Origin: Candidatus Cloacimonadales bacterium
Lineage (GTDB): Bacteria > Cloacimonadota > Cloacimonadia > Cloacimonadales > DAONDQ01
Length of the DNA: 64,000 bases
Assembly (NCBI GenBank): GCA_963662275.1
Contig: OY759316.1
Location: forward strand, 1,632,001-1,696,000
Direction: 5' to 3'
Part shown: positions 10,999-21,222 of the stretch, in pieces
Position numbering within the stretch: the first letter of the stretch is position 1
Layout of the letters: every line of letters starts with the position of its first letter
The notes under the pieces: model-generated
Databases searched by the model: none
The model's input: the letters and a program-made list of their open reading frames with translations, nothing else
What the model was told of the DNA's origin: nothing
Program-made: the position numbers and the translations under genes

Positions 10999-11967
10999 AT
11001 GAACGTAATTGATATTATCAAACACGAACTTAAGCTTGAAGCAGATGCGGTACTGAAAGCCTCAGACCGCATCGATGCTTCCATTGAAAAAGCTTTTAAC
11101 CTCATTTATGAATGCAAAGGCAAAGTCGTTGTTACAGGAATGGGGAAGACCGGTATCATTGCCAGGAAGATAGCTGCTACGCTTGCCAGTACAGGAACAC
11201 TTTCTATTTTTCTTCATGCTGCTGAAGGTATTCACGGTGATATCGGTATGCTTGAAAAAGGCGATGTTGTCATTGCAATTTCCAATAGTGGGAATACAAA
11301 TGAAGTGATCAGCTTGCTTCCGTATTTCAAATTTATGCAAATCCCAGTTATAGCATTTACGGGTAATCTGCAATCAGAATTAGCTTTGCATTCGGATATT
11401 GTGATTGATTGCTCTGTTCCACTTGATTATGAACCTTTTGGTTTAGTGCCGACAGCAAGTACCACAGTGGCTTTGGCAATTGGTGATGCACTTGCGATTG
11501 CGGTTATGAGAAAAAAGAACTTCCAGCAAAGTGATTTCGCCCGTTTCCATCCCGGTGGCACAATTGGTCGGAAAATGCTTCTTCGCATTGATGATGTCAT
11601 GCATAAAGATGACGAAATTCCCCTTGTTCGACAGGATCAGTCCATGTCCGAAGCAATTGTAGTTATGACAGGCAAGCGTCTGGGCTGCACCTGTGTCATT
11701 GATGGAGCAGGAAAACTGACCGGTTTTCTTACAGATGGAGATCTTCGTCGACTCTTGCAGAAAGAAAGTCTTAATCCATTAGATATTCCGATTGAAAAAG
11801 CAATGACTATCAATCCCAAATCCATGAAACCTTCTGAACTTGCGGTTGATGCCCTGAATTTGATGGAAAATTTCAATATTACCATGTTGCCGATAGTCGA
11901 TGATAACAATGACCCTGTTGGGGTTCTTCATATGCATGATCTCATTAAGGCTGGCGTTGTCGGTTAA
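10999..11967 (+). CDS. kdsD: Arabinose-5-phosphate isomerase, KpsF/GutQ family (SIS + CBS pair)
   Basis: GMGKTG, HGDIG, PTASTT, FHPGG and TDGDLRR motifs. Confidence 0.93.
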   Translation: MNVIDIIKHELKLEADAVLKASDRIDASIEKAFNLIYECKGKVVVTGMGKTGIIARKIAATLASTGTLSIFLHAAEGIHGDIGMLEKGDVVIAISNSGNTNEVISLLPYFKFMQIPVIAFTGNLQSELALHSDIVIDCSVPLDYEPFGLVPTASTTVALAIGDALAIAVMRKKNFQQSDFARFHPGGTIGRKMLLRIDDVMHKDDEIPLVRQDQSMSEAIVVMTGKRLGCTCVIDGAGKLTGFLTDGDLRRLLQKESLNPLDIPIEKAMTINPKSMKPSELAVDALNLMENFNITMLPIVDDNNDPVGVLHMHDLIKAGVVG

Positions 11968-12019
11968 TGTTATGAAGAAGGTGTCTGGTCTCGGGTGTCA
12001 GGTAACAGGTTCAGAGCAG

Positions 12020-12685
12020 ATGGATCCTCGCCTTCGCAAGGATGAAAGGTCTCAGTATTCTTGTTCCAACAAATTATCTTCTCCTTTTGAAATCTTCCGT
12101 CAATTATTAGAGAATTACGGTGAACAGCACTGGTGGCCTGGAATTACTACTGATGAAATCATTATTGGCGCAGTTCTTACCCAAAATACTAATTGGTCTA
12201 ATGTAGAGAAAGCCATCCAGAACCTCAAACAAGCAGATTCCTGCACTTTGGATAGTTGTGCCACTTTGGATATCCAAACATTGGAAGAACTCATCAAACC
12301 CAGCGGATTCTTTCGTATAAAAGCAATTAGACTGCAAGAAGCTTCGAAAGAAATAATCGGCTTAAGAAAGCAATTTCTTTCTTTACCGGAATTCAGGAAA
12401 GCACTTTTAGCTATCAATGGGATTGGCTCTGAAACTGCCGATTCAATTCTTCTTTATGCTTTTGAGTTACCCATTTTTGTAATCGATGCATACACAAAAA
12501 GAGTATTCTCTCGTATGAGCAAGGTAAGTGATAAGGCTACTTACCGTGAAATGCAGGAGTACTTTCAATTTTCCTTACCTAAAGATACATATTTATACAA
12601 TGAATTTCATGCATTGATTGTAAAACATGCTAAAGAAGTATGTAAGAAGAAACCTGATTGCGATAAATGCCTTTGGTGTTCGTAG
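12020..12685 (+). CDS. HhH-GPD superfamily (endonuclease III-related) DNA glycosylase; start codon uncertain
   Basis: WWP, IGAVLTQNTNW, GIGSETADSILLYA and IDAYTKR motifs, plus a Cys cluster CKKKPDCDKC. Confidence 0.85.
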   Translation: MDPRLRKDERSQYSCSNKLSSPFEIFRQLLENYGEQHWWPGITTDEIIIGAVLTQNTNWSNVEKAIQNLKQADSCTLDSCATLDIQTLEELIKPSGFFRIKAIRLQEASKEIIGLRKQFLSLPEFRKALLAINGIGSETADSILLYAFELPIFVIDAYTKRVFSRMSKVSDKATYREMQEYFQFSLPKDTYLYNEFHALIVKHAKEVCKKKPDCDKCLWCS

Positions 12686-12700
12686 CATAGAGTGGCACTC

Positions 12701-12836
12701 TGTTGTATGAGGAGATTGGTAATCTCCGATGTAAAATGAATTCGACAATACCATTATCGAAAACAACAAATTACCAATTTATGTTACAGTTTGTAGAATG
12801 GTATTCTGTTGTATGAGGGGATTGGTAATCCCCGAT
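12701..12836. repeat. REP-like cluster: two direct copies with a degenerate inverted copy between them
   Basis: TGTTGTATGAGGAGATTGGTAATCTCCGAT (12701) and TGTTGTATGAGGGGATTGGTAATCCCCGAT (12807) differ by a compensatory pair. Inverted degenerate copy at ~12763-12788. Confidence 0.8.
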
Positions 12837-12877
12837 TTTCTTCATTTATTCTCTTTCAATCACTATCGAGGTATCTT

Positions 12878-13315
12878 ATGAAACTTGTCATACAACGTGT
12901 TACACAAGCATCCGTTACTGTAGAAAACAGAATAGTAGGTTCCATAAATACAGGTCTGCTTGTCTTTCTCGGTATTGGAAAAAACGATACAGGCGAAGAA
13001 ATCCCCTGGCTTGCCAAAAAACTGATAGATCTACGTATCTTTAATGACTCCCAGGGGAAGATGAATCTGTCTTTGGAGGATGTCAAAGGTAGGATACTCC
13101 TCATTTCCCAATTCACTCTATATGCAAACTGCCTGCGTGGAAAGCGTCCTGATTTCATAGAAGCTGCTCCGCCAGAAAAGGGGGAGGAGCTTTACATTCG
13201 TTTTGCAGAAGCTTTAAAGCAATTGGGGCATGTTCCTGAAATGGGATTATTCGGTGCCGATATGAAGATTAGTCTTCTGAATGATGGACCGGTAACGATT
13301 ATATTGGAGAAGTAG
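12878..13315 (+). CDS. dtd: D-aminoacyl-tRNA deacylase
   Basis: MKLVIQRV start with RBS GAGG. SQFTL, GKRPDF and NDGPVT motifs. Confidence 0.96.
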   Translation: MKLVIQRVTQASVTVENRIVGSINTGLLVFLGIGKNDTGEEIPWLAKKLIDLRIFNDSQGKMNLSLEDVKGRILLISQFTLYANCLRGKRPDFIEAAPPEKGEELYIRFAEALKQLGHVPEMGLFGADMKISLLNDGPVTIILEK

Positions 13316-13337
13316 GGATAAACCCATGTGTTTATCC
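13312..13337 (+). repeat. GTAG-type REP-like hairpin overlapping the dtd stop, between convergent genes
   Basis: GTAG-GGATAAAC-ccatgt-GTTTATCC. Confidence 0.55.
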
Positions 13338-13346
13338 TCTGCAACA

Positions 13347-13913
13347 CTATTCCGGTGCTGGCACCTGTTCAACAGGTTGTGCTATTCCGGAACCGGTACT
13401 GATTGATAGATAAACACTGCTACCCGGTGCTAAGCCTGAACCTGGTGTAGGCCACACTTTCAAAATGTGATCTGCTTCCACTTGATCAGATTGCAGTGAA
13501 TCCTTCACAATAGGTTTCAAACCTGCATTCTTGATTCGGGAAAAAGCCTGGGTTACAGCTAATCCTTCGACATTGGGAACAACTGAAAGATCTCCACCTT
13601 TACTGATTACTACTTGGATTGTTCCATCTGCCTTGATCCTTGTACCTGGAGAGGGTATCTGGGAGATGATTGTACCTTTCGCAAACTGATCACTACTGAC
13701 ATAGGATGCTTCCGAGATATGCAACTGGTTATCCGCACTTTCAGTATTTGCAGCTTTTAATTCCAGTCCAATCAAGTTTGGCACGGTTACCTGTTTCCCT
13801 TTACCAAAAACGAGGGGCATAAAAATCTGGCTAACTACTATTGCCGTGATAAGCATTATTGCGATCATAATCCCTATAGCATAAAGGACTGATTTGATTC
13901 TGTCCCAATTCAT
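13347..13913 (-). CDS. Membrane-anchored PASTA-domain protein
   Basis: N-terminal TM helix. Two PASTA repeats (VPNLIGL...IISQIPSPG and VPNVEGL...PTPG). Confidence 0.88.
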   Translation of the reverse strand: MNWDRIKSVLYAIGIMIAIMLITAIVVSQIFMPLVFGKGKQVTVPNLIGLELKAANTESADNQLHISEASYVSSDQFAKGTIISQIPSPGTRIKADGTIQVVISKGGDLSVVPNVEGLAVTQAFSRIKNAGLKPIVKDSLQSDQVEADHILKVWPTPGSGLAPGSSVYLSISTGSGIAQPVEQVPAPE

Positions 13914-13942
13914 ATTTACTCCCGATATCAGAGATATATCAA

Positions 13943-15271
13943 TTATTTGGTATCTTTGGATTTCTTTTTCATTTTTGCGGCAAAAGCGCCATCCATATTA
14001 TGGGTATTAGGTGAAGTACGCATCATTCCATCCTTTGTATAAGCTGATGGAATAAAGTCGCTTGCGGACACTAATGTGAACTGTTGGTTTAATTTTAGGA
14101 AACGCTTGATCTGCTCTTCATTCTCCTGTGGATTCATTGTGCATGTTGAATATACAAGATATCCGCCGGGTTTAACGAAATTTGCTCCAAGATTTAAAGC
14201 ACTCAATTGGATTTTCAGCAATTCATCAATATTCTGATGAAACTGCCAGCGGAGATCAGGCTTTCTACCAAGTACACCCCAACCGGAACAAGGCACATCT
14301 AACAACACTCTATCGAAAGCAGGTGCAACAGGACCATAATGAAAAGCATCTTCAGTAATTAAATTCATATTGTCAATTTGTAATCTTTCCATCGCCTGTT
14401 TGACCAGTTTCATTTTATTTGGAATTTTATCAACTGCAATGACTTCCCCAGTATTTTTCATTCTTTCTGCAATATATGTTGCTTTACCACCGGGAGCAGC
14501 AAAGAGATCGAGAACGGATTCATTCTCCTTCGGGTCAAGCAATTCTACAACAAGAGCTGCGGAAGTATCCTGGACAGTGAAGTATCCTTCAGAGAAAGCT
14601 ACATCCTGGAGTACTTGTGGTATTTGTGATGTAATCAGAACATTCGCAGAAGCAGGTGATTCTGTAAGGTACACATCTCTTTTCCTGAAATATTCAAGCA
14701 GTTTTTTCTTATTCGTTGCAAGGTTATTTACTCTAATATGCAATTTAGAAGGTTCATTGAAATAGAGGCAGAGATATTCAGTATCATCAGCTCCCCATAA
14801 TAAAAGCCACTGTTTAATCAATTCCAAAGGATAGGAATACTGAGCAGACATATGTTCTGCGAGGTCTTGAGGGTATGAGAAATCAGGATTCCTGAGATAG
14901 GCTCTTAAAACAGCATTGATAAAATCACCTGACTTATCGCCATATAGTTTTTTTGCAATTTCAACGGTTTCATTTACGGCTGCATGTTCAGGAACTGAAT
15001 CAAGATGAATAAGCTGATACAAACCGAGATACAGTAATGCTTTTATCTTTAAATCAGTTTTACCGAATTTATCTGGTTCCGTGTATTGTCGACAGATATA
15101 ATCTAAGTTGCCCTGCATCTTCACAATACCTTTCACCAATCGATAGAGCAGTTCTATGCTTTCATTTGAATCAGAAGCTTTTTTAGAAGCTTGCTGAAGC
15201 AAGGCATCTGCATAATCATTGTTTTTTAGAACTTTAACAACAATCTGATATGCTTCCTGGCGAATATTCAT
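13943..15271 (-). CDS. rsmB: 16S rRNA m5C967 methyltransferase (NusB-like + RsmB domains)
   Basis: HAAVNETVE, VQD, DLFAAPGGKAT, DVPCSG and YSTCT motifs. Confidence 0.93.
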   Translation of the reverse strand: MNIRQEAYQIVVKVLKNNDYADALLQQASKKASDSNESIELLYRLVKGIVKMQGNLDYICRQYTEPDKFGKTDLKIKALLYLGLYQLIHLDSVPEHAAVNETVEIAKKLYGDKSGDFINAVLRAYLRNPDFSYPQDLAEHMSAQYSYPLELIKQWLLLWGADDTEYLCLYFNEPSKLHIRVNNLATNKKKLLEYFRKRDVYLTESPASANVLITSQIPQVLQDVAFSEGYFTVQDTSAALVVELLDPKENESVLDLFAAPGGKATYIAERMKNTGEVIAVDKIPNKMKLVKQAMERLQIDNMNLITEDAFHYGPVAPAFDRVLLDVPCSGWGVLGRKPDLRWQFHQNIDELLKIQLSALNLGANFVKPGGYLVYSTCTMNPQENEEQIKRFLKLNQQFTLVSASDFIPSAYTKDGMMRTSPNTHNMDGAFAAKMKKKSKDTK

Positions 15272-15870
15272 CAGCTATTACGTTTCCTGTATAGATATTG
15301 AATTGTGCGTTTGATAATTTCTTCCAGACTCAGGTCTTCTGCTTTCAAATCCCTAAATACTAAGCGAATCTCAGGTAATTTATATCCAAGTGACATCAAG
15401 GCATTTTCTGCTTCCAGAAGAACATCCTGTTTCTGTCCAGGGATACTTTCCAATGTGATCTGGGGGACATTCGAAATCTTGTCTTTAAGTTCAATGATCA
15501 ACCTTTGGGCAGACTTCTTACCCAAACCCGGTATTGTTGCCAGGATTCGATCATCATCATGGAGAATTGCTTGCACGACGTTTTGAACAGACATTGCAGA
15601 CAGAATGGAAAGAGCTATCTTAGGTCCAATGCGTGATATCGAAATCAATTGTCGGAAAAGCAAACGTTCGGGTTCTGTAGCAAAACCAAATAATCGGATA
15701 TCGTCATCGGTTACATGATAATGGATTAGTAATTTGACATTATGATCAATAGCGGGAAGATTCTCAAAAGTACTGATGGGTATTCGAATATCGTAGCCGA
15801 CACCTGTGCAATCGATAATACATGAAAAAGGTGACTTTTCCTTTAATAATCCGCTGATATAAGCAAACAT
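15271..15870 (-). CDS. ruvA: Holliday junction branch migration protein
   Basis: GVGY, LFGF, IGPKIAL, IPGLGKKSAQR and ALMSLGY motifs. Confidence 0.96.
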   Translation of the reverse strand: MFAYISGLLKEKSPFSCIIDCTGVGYDIRIPISTFENLPAIDHNVKLLIHYHVTDDDIRLFGFATEPERLLFRQLISISRIGPKIALSILSAMSVQNVVQAILHDDDRILATIPGLGKKSAQRLIIELKDKISNVPQITLESIPGQKQDVLLEAENALMSLGYKLPEIRLVFRDLKAEDLSLEEIIKRTIQYLYRKRNS

Positions 15871-15871
15871 A

Positions 15872-16351
15872 TTAAATTCCTAGTTTAAAACGCTGATAAT
15901 GACATAGGGCAATTGCCAATGCATCAGCAGAATCTTCATTTGGGGGAGGCGTCTTCAGTTTCAGTATCTGCTGGACCATGTATCGAATTTGTTTTTTTGA
16001 AGCGTTACCATTGCCGACTACAGATTTTTTGACTTCACGTGGGCTGTACTCAGCAAAAGCAATATCCTTCTCTGCGATCGCTAATAAAATAACACCGCGA
16101 GCATGTCCTAGGGTAAACGCTGATTGGATGTTCTTACCATAAAAGATAGATTCCACAGCTACCACTTCCGGTTTATATGTATCCAGGACTTGAATGACTT
16201 CTTGATACAGAATCTTTAAACGTTCAGAAAGAGCTAATTTCTCATTAATGCGGATTACATCACACCCGGCTGCTACGATTGTTCGCTTTTCCAGTTGTAA
16301 TATGCCATATCCACAAAAACGACTTCCCGGATCGATACCTAAGATGATCAC
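15872..16351 (-). CDS. ruvC: Crossover junction endodeoxyribonuclease
   Basis: ILGIDPG, LGHARGV, GNGNASKKQ and DSADALAIA motifs. Confidence 0.97.
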   Translation of the reverse strand: MIILGIDPGSRFCGYGILQLEKRTIVAAGCDVIRINEKLALSERLKILYQEVIQVLDTYKPEVVAVESIFYGKNIQSAFTLGHARGVILLAIAEKDIAFAEYSPREVKKSVVGNGNASKKQIRYMVQQILKLKTPPPNEDSADALAIALCHYQRFKLGI

Positions 16352-16366
16352 AGGTTTTTGCTTCTT

Positions 16367-17116
16367 CTATTCCTGGTTTATACGTTCCATGACTTCATCG
16401 GATATTTCATAATTGGCATATACCTTCATGACATCATCAAGGTCTTCCAATTTCTCAATTAGATTTAACAGTTTTTCTGCCACTGCATTTGCATCTATCG
16501 TAGTCTTGGGTATTTTTGTCAGTTCTGCTTCTTCTGTTGGATAGCCTGCAAGCTCCATCTTATGGAGAACAACATGAAAATCTGTTGGAGCAGTATATAC
16601 TTCATAATAATCATCGATAAGCTCAATGTCTTGAGCACCTGCATCAAGAGCAGCCATCATGACTTCTTCTTCATCCAAGCCTGCTGCGGGAATCATGAAG
16701 AAACCCTTTTGTTCGAAATTCCAAGACACTGCACCACTTTCTCCCATGTTACCGCCGTATTTGGAAAAAGCATGTCGTAATTCAGCGACAGTACGATTTT
16801 TATTATCAGTCATGACATCAACTACGATGCCAACACCATTCTGTCCATATCCTTCATAAGTTGCTTCTTCATAAGCCACACCTTCAATTTCACCGGTACC
16901 GCGCTTGATGGCACGTTCAATGTTTTCCCTGGGCATATTGTTTTGTTTGGCAGTACCAATTGCAGTTCTCAGTCGTGGATTCATATTGAGATCACCACCA
17001 CCGTCACGAGCAGCTAGAATAATTTCTTTCACGATACGAGTGAAGATTCTACCTCTTTTGGCATCAGCAGCACCCTTTTTGTGTTTGATCGAGCTCCATT
17101 TATTATGTCCTGACAT
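16367..17116 (-). CDS. yebC: YebC/PmpR family protein
   Basis: MSGHNKWSSIKHKK, YEGYG, TDNKNRT and LEDLDDV motifs. Canonical yebC-ruvC-ruvA order. Confidence 0.96.
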   Translation of the reverse strand: MSGHNKWSSIKHKKGAADAKRGRIFTRIVKEIILAARDGGGDLNMNPRLRTAIGTAKQNNMPRENIERAIKRGTGEIEGVAYEEATYEGYGQNGVGIVVDVMTDNKNRTVAELRHAFSKYGGNMGESGAVSWNFEQKGFFMIPAAGLDEEEVMMAALDAGAQDIELIDDYYEVYTAPTDFHVVLHKMELAGYPTEEAELTKIPKTTIDANAVAEKLLNLIEKLEDLDDVMKVYANYEISDEVMERINQE

Positions 17117-17217
17117 ACATAACCTCGCTTATTATATAATTTATTCTGAGGATTGTTTAATTCAAAGCCATTTCAAAGGCAAGAAAAAAAATAAATGTAA
17201 TGAATTCTGGTGTAAAT

Positions 17218-17246
17218 AAAAAAAGGGAGGTGATTTTCCACCTCCC
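17218..17246 (-). terminator. Intrinsic terminator downstream of the EF-G paralogue
   Basis: GGGAGGTG/CACCTCCC stem followed on the minus strand by a T7 run, 10 bp after the stop. Confidence 0.8.
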
Positions 17247-17256
17247 AATAGATTCT

Positions 17257-19308
17257 TTATTCTTGTTCCTTGTAGGCGGCTATAACCTTCTGCGCCAATT
17301 CGTCAGGAACCTTCTCGTAATGTGAGAATTTCTGCAGGAATCTTCCACGTCCCTGGGTTAGGGATTTCAAAATGGGGAAGTATCCAAACAACTCTGCAGC
17401 CGGTAAATGAGCACTTAGTAATTGTTTTTTACCTTTCTGCTCCATACCCAGGATCTTTCCACGCCTGGTGGAAATATCGCCCATGATATCACCCATATAT
17501 TCACTAGGTGTGATTATGACAATTTCATGAATTGGTTCAAGGAGTATTGGCTTCGCTTGTGTAAAGCCATTCTTCAAAGCCATTGAGGAAGCAATCTTGA
17601 ATGCCATTTCTGAAGAATCCACATCATGATAACTTCCGAAATATACATCAACACTGATATCAACAACCTGGTAACCGGCAACGATACCCTTTTCCATTGT
17701 CTCAACAACACCCTTTTCAATAGCAGGGATGAAGTTTGAAGGAATGGTTCCACCAACGACAGAGTTGATGAATTTGAAGCCTTCACCACGTGGAGTTGGA
17801 TTGATACGGATGTAAACATCACCATACTGACCCTTTCCTCCGGATTGCTTTTTATGCTTGTAATTCACGTCTGCACTGCCCATGATCGTTTCTTTATAAG
17901 GGATACGTGGTTCTTTTAATTCAGCTTCCACTTTGTAACGGTTCTTCATTTTCTTCAGAACTAAAGCGATCTGCTGTTCACCCATACCGGAAATGATGTT
18001 TTCATGTGTTTCTGCATTCATGAATAAGGAAATAGTAGGATCTTCACCCATAACACGGGTCAAGGCACTACCTATCTTATCTTCATCAGCCTGGTTTGAG
18101 GCTTTGATTGCCTGCCAGAATACTGGAGTAGGCCATTCAACAGGTGGGAAACAGGATTTGCCGTTTAAATTTACGATTGTGGTTAATGACTTTGCTACCT
18201 TAAGCTTTACAAGAGCACCGATTTCACCGGCACGAAGTTCACTTGCATCAGAGCGGTTTTTACCTAAAATATAGGTAATATTTCCTACTTTATCTTTGCT
18301 GTCCTTTTCCGGGATATAAACATCCATACCTGATTTGATCGTGCCTGAATACATACGTATATAGGCAACGTCACCCATGTTAGGATCAGCATAGGTTTTG
18401 AAGATATAACCGAGAACTTCACCATCTGGAGAACCCACGATTGTAGAGGCTTTATCATTGGTTAAAACAGACACTTCTTTTTTATCATAAGCCGATGGTA
18501 AGTATTCCACGATGGCATCCAGGAGGGATTTGATACCGACTGAAGAACCTGCTGAACAGACAAAAGCTGGTATTAAAGCACCATCAGCAATTGCTTTCTT
18601 GGTTCCGCGTGTCAGTTCCTCATTTGATAATTCACCGTTTTCGAAATACTTATTCAGAAGGTCTTCATCCGTTTCAGCGACAGCTTCCATTAATACATGT
18701 CGAGCTTCCTCCACATGTGATTCCATTTCAGCAGGGATTGGCTTTTCCACATCATGAACAAATGCCTTCATCTTAATAAGATCTACAACACCTTCAAAAG
18801 TGTTTTCTTTACCGATGGGAAGAAATATTGGCACTGCATGAACATCAGAATTTTCCCTGATGATCTCAAGAATTTTATCAAAATCAGCATGCTCATTATC
18901 CATCCGGTTGATGATGAATGCTTTGCTGATCTTTTTATCTTCCAGTAATTCCAGGGATAATTCAAGACCGACTTCAAAGCCACCTGCTGCATTGGCTACA
19001 ATCATTGCCGTCTCGACTGCTGTGGCAGCACATATCTGTTCACCCAGGAAATCCGGATAACCCGGAGCATCAACAAGATTGATACGAGCATCTTTCCAAT
19101 CAATATGGCAAACTGCAAGCGCAATAGACATTTTTCGCGCTATTTCTTCAGGATCAAAATCCATGACTGTATTGCCTTCATCAACTTTGCCAACACGAGT
19201 TGTCATGCCGGATGCATGTAATAACTGTTCAGTCAGAGTGGTCTTACCAGCTCCGCTTGCACCCAGAAAGGCAATGTTCCGGATGTGCTTCATATCGTAA
19301 TTCTTCAT
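17257..19308 (-). CDS. fusA: Elongation factor G paralogue (EF-G2/FusA-like), outside the str operon
   Basis: GASGAGKTTL, DAPGYPDF, HKKQSGGKGQYG and GSYHDVDSSEMAF motifs. Divergent G2 (RKMSI) and G4 (NRMD). RBS GGGGG before ATG 19308. Confidence 0.88.
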   Translation of the reverse strand: MKNYDMKHIRNIAFLGASGAGKTTLTEQLLHASGMTTRVGKVDEGNTVMDFDPEEIARKMSIALAVCHIDWKDARINLVDAPGYPDFLGEQICAATAVETAMIVANAAGGFEVGLELSLELLEDKKISKAFIINRMDNEHADFDKILEIIRENSDVHAVPIFLPIGKENTFEGVVDLIKMKAFVHDVEKPIPAEMESHVEEARHVLMEAVAETDEDLLNKYFENGELSNEELTRGTKKAIADGALIPAFVCSAGSSVGIKSLLDAIVEYLPSAYDKKEVSVLTNDKASTIVGSPDGEVLGYIFKTYADPNMGDVAYIRMYSGTIKSGMDVYIPEKDSKDKVGNITYILGKNRSDASELRAGEIGALVKLKVAKSLTTIVNLNGKSCFPPVEWPTPVFWQAIKASNQADEDKIGSALTRVMGEDPTISLFMNAETHENIISGMGEQQIALVLKKMKNRYKVEAELKEPRIPYKETIMGSADVNYKHKKQSGGKGQYGDVYIRINPTPRGEGFKFINSVVGGTIPSNFIPAIEKGVVETMEKGIVAGYQVVDISVDVYFGSYHDVDSSEMAFKIASSMALKNGFTQAKPILLEPIHEIVIITPSEYMGDIMGDISTRRGKILGMEQKGKKQLLSAHLPAAELFGYFPILKSLTQGRGRFLQKFSHYEKVPDELAQKVIAAYKEQE

Positions 19309-19388
19309 ATTTCCCCCGTAGGTGTTTATCATTTTATTGAATGTCAATAATGAAATGGACGGTTTTGTTGTCAATATAAGATAGCGGA

Positions 19389-19458
19389 AGGTGTCAGGGG
19401 TCAGGTGCTAGGTGTTAGGTGCTAGGTTCTAGGTTCTAGGTGCCAGGTACTAGGTGCG
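19389..19458 (+). repeat. Heptamer tandem repeat, 10 units, consensus AGGTGYT
   Basis: aggtgtc aggggtc aggtgct aggtgtt aggtgct aggttct aggttct aggtgcc aggtact aggtgcg. Confidence 0.9.
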
Positions 19459-19669
19459 AGGAACTATTCCTCCCTTCAGATGAAGGGAGGTGACCTTTAG
19501 GTTGAATAATATTATGAATTTGAGCCATGAGTATTCCCAAGTTGAGCCAGTGCTCCACTATAATTGAGCCAGGGAATATTCTACTTTGAGCCACCTTGCA
19601 TAAATCAGAGTGTGATTAACCATGTGGCAATGCGCTGAAGAGCGCAAATAACACAATGGAGGTCACAAA

Positions 19670-21222
19670 ATGACCAATTATCGAGAAATCTTGCGTTTAC
19701 AGGCGCAAGGAATTAGTGAAAGGAATATTGCTCAAAGCCTGCCGTGCTCCCGCAATACCGTATCCAAGGTGCTGAGGGCAGCAGCCCAACAAGCTGTTTT
19801 CTGGCCAATTTCTGATACAATTAGTGACAGGGAATTGGGGAAGATGCTATTTCCCATTGTAAATATCGAAGGTTGTCGCAGGATGCCTGATTTTGAGCAT
19901 ATTCACAAGGAATTGGGTAAAAGCGGTGTAACCTTGTCGTTGTTATGGCATGAATATTCGGAGTTATGCCGTCAGAATCAGACGATACCCTATCAATACA
20001 GTCGATTCTGCGAGCTTTACACGGAATATGCTCATCAAACCAAGGCAACCATGCGCATTCATCACAAGCCGGGTGAGAAGCTTGAGGTTGATTGGGCAGG
20101 TCAATCTGCGTATTTGACAAACAATCTTACCGGGGCACAGCTTAAAGTTCCAGTCTTTGTCGCTGTTTTGCCCTATAGTGGCTATGCTTATGTTGAAGCA
20201 CTTCCCAATATGAGTCTGTGTAACTGGATTCAGGCTCATGTAAACTGTTTTCAATATATGAGCGGAGTGGCAAAAATACTGGTACCTGACAACCTCAAGA
20301 CTGGTGTGGAGCGGGTATCCAGTGGAGGCAGTGTAATCAACAGGACATATAATGAACTGGCTAATTACTACAATACAGTGGTCATCCCTGCCAGGGTCAG
20401 GCATCCCAAGGATAAGGCAAGTGCTGAAGGGACAGTAGGTATTATCTCGACCTGGATTCTGGCTGCTCTTCGCAACAGGAGTTTCTTCTCGCTTAGAGAA
20501 CTCAATAAGGCAATCAGGGAAAAGTTGGCTGAATTTAACAGTAAGCCTTTCAGCCTTTCCAGGTCAAAGATGGCTCCCGTGAAAGCGTATTTTGGCAAGA
20601 AGAACGAGAGCAGCTGCTTCCCTTGCCGGAGGCGGCTTATGAACTGGCTACATGGGCTACAGCAACGGTTGGTTACAACTATCACATTATGGTTGATAAG
20701 AAGTATTATTCAGTGCCTTATGAATATATCCACCACAAAGTGGATATTCGCCTAACCGCCAGGGTGGTGGAGGTCTTTTACAATTCAGTCAGAATAGCCT
20801 CCCACAGGGGCTTGGAGGGAAACTCTGAGCGATATCAGACCAATGCCGAGCATATGCCCAGGGATCATCAGGAATACCGTAAATGGGATGCAGAAAGTTT
20901 TGTTGACTGGGCTTGTACTATTGGAACAAGCACTGAGTTGGTAATCAAGTCAATCCTGGGATCATGCAGGGTTGAACAGCAAGGTTATCGCACTTGCATG
21001 GCTGTGCTAAGCGCTTCAAAAAAGTATGGCTGTCAAAATTTGGAAAGTGCCTGTCAACGAGCATTAAGCTATACGCCAAATCCGAGTTACAGGATCATCA
21101 AGACTATTCTAAACTCAAATGAACAGAAGAGAAGCACCGATAATGATGCTGAAGCGGTGCAAAGCTCAGAGTATGCCATCAGCCGGGAATCAGGTTACTA
21201 CGGGAGAAACGAAAATGACTAA
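19670..21222 (+). pseudogene. istA: IS21 transposase IstA, frameshifted by an 8-bp tandem duplication
   Basis: HTH, VDWAG, PDNLK, PKDKASAEG and YSVPY motifs are split over two frames. AGCCTTTC is duplicated at 20544-20559, and removing one copy gives a single 514-aa ORF. Confidence 0.92.

Noticed and set aside
11900..12019. Upstream in-frame starts given by the ORF track (also 7662, 12809, 19374, 21119, 34039, 35079, 48375)
   Set aside because: They overlap neighbouring genes, repeats or promoters. Downstream starts have better RBS, coupling or family-typical N-termini.
20540..20760. Programmed ribosomal frameshift in istA
   Set aside because: There is no slippery heptamer at the junction, and an exact 8-bp duplication explains the frame change.
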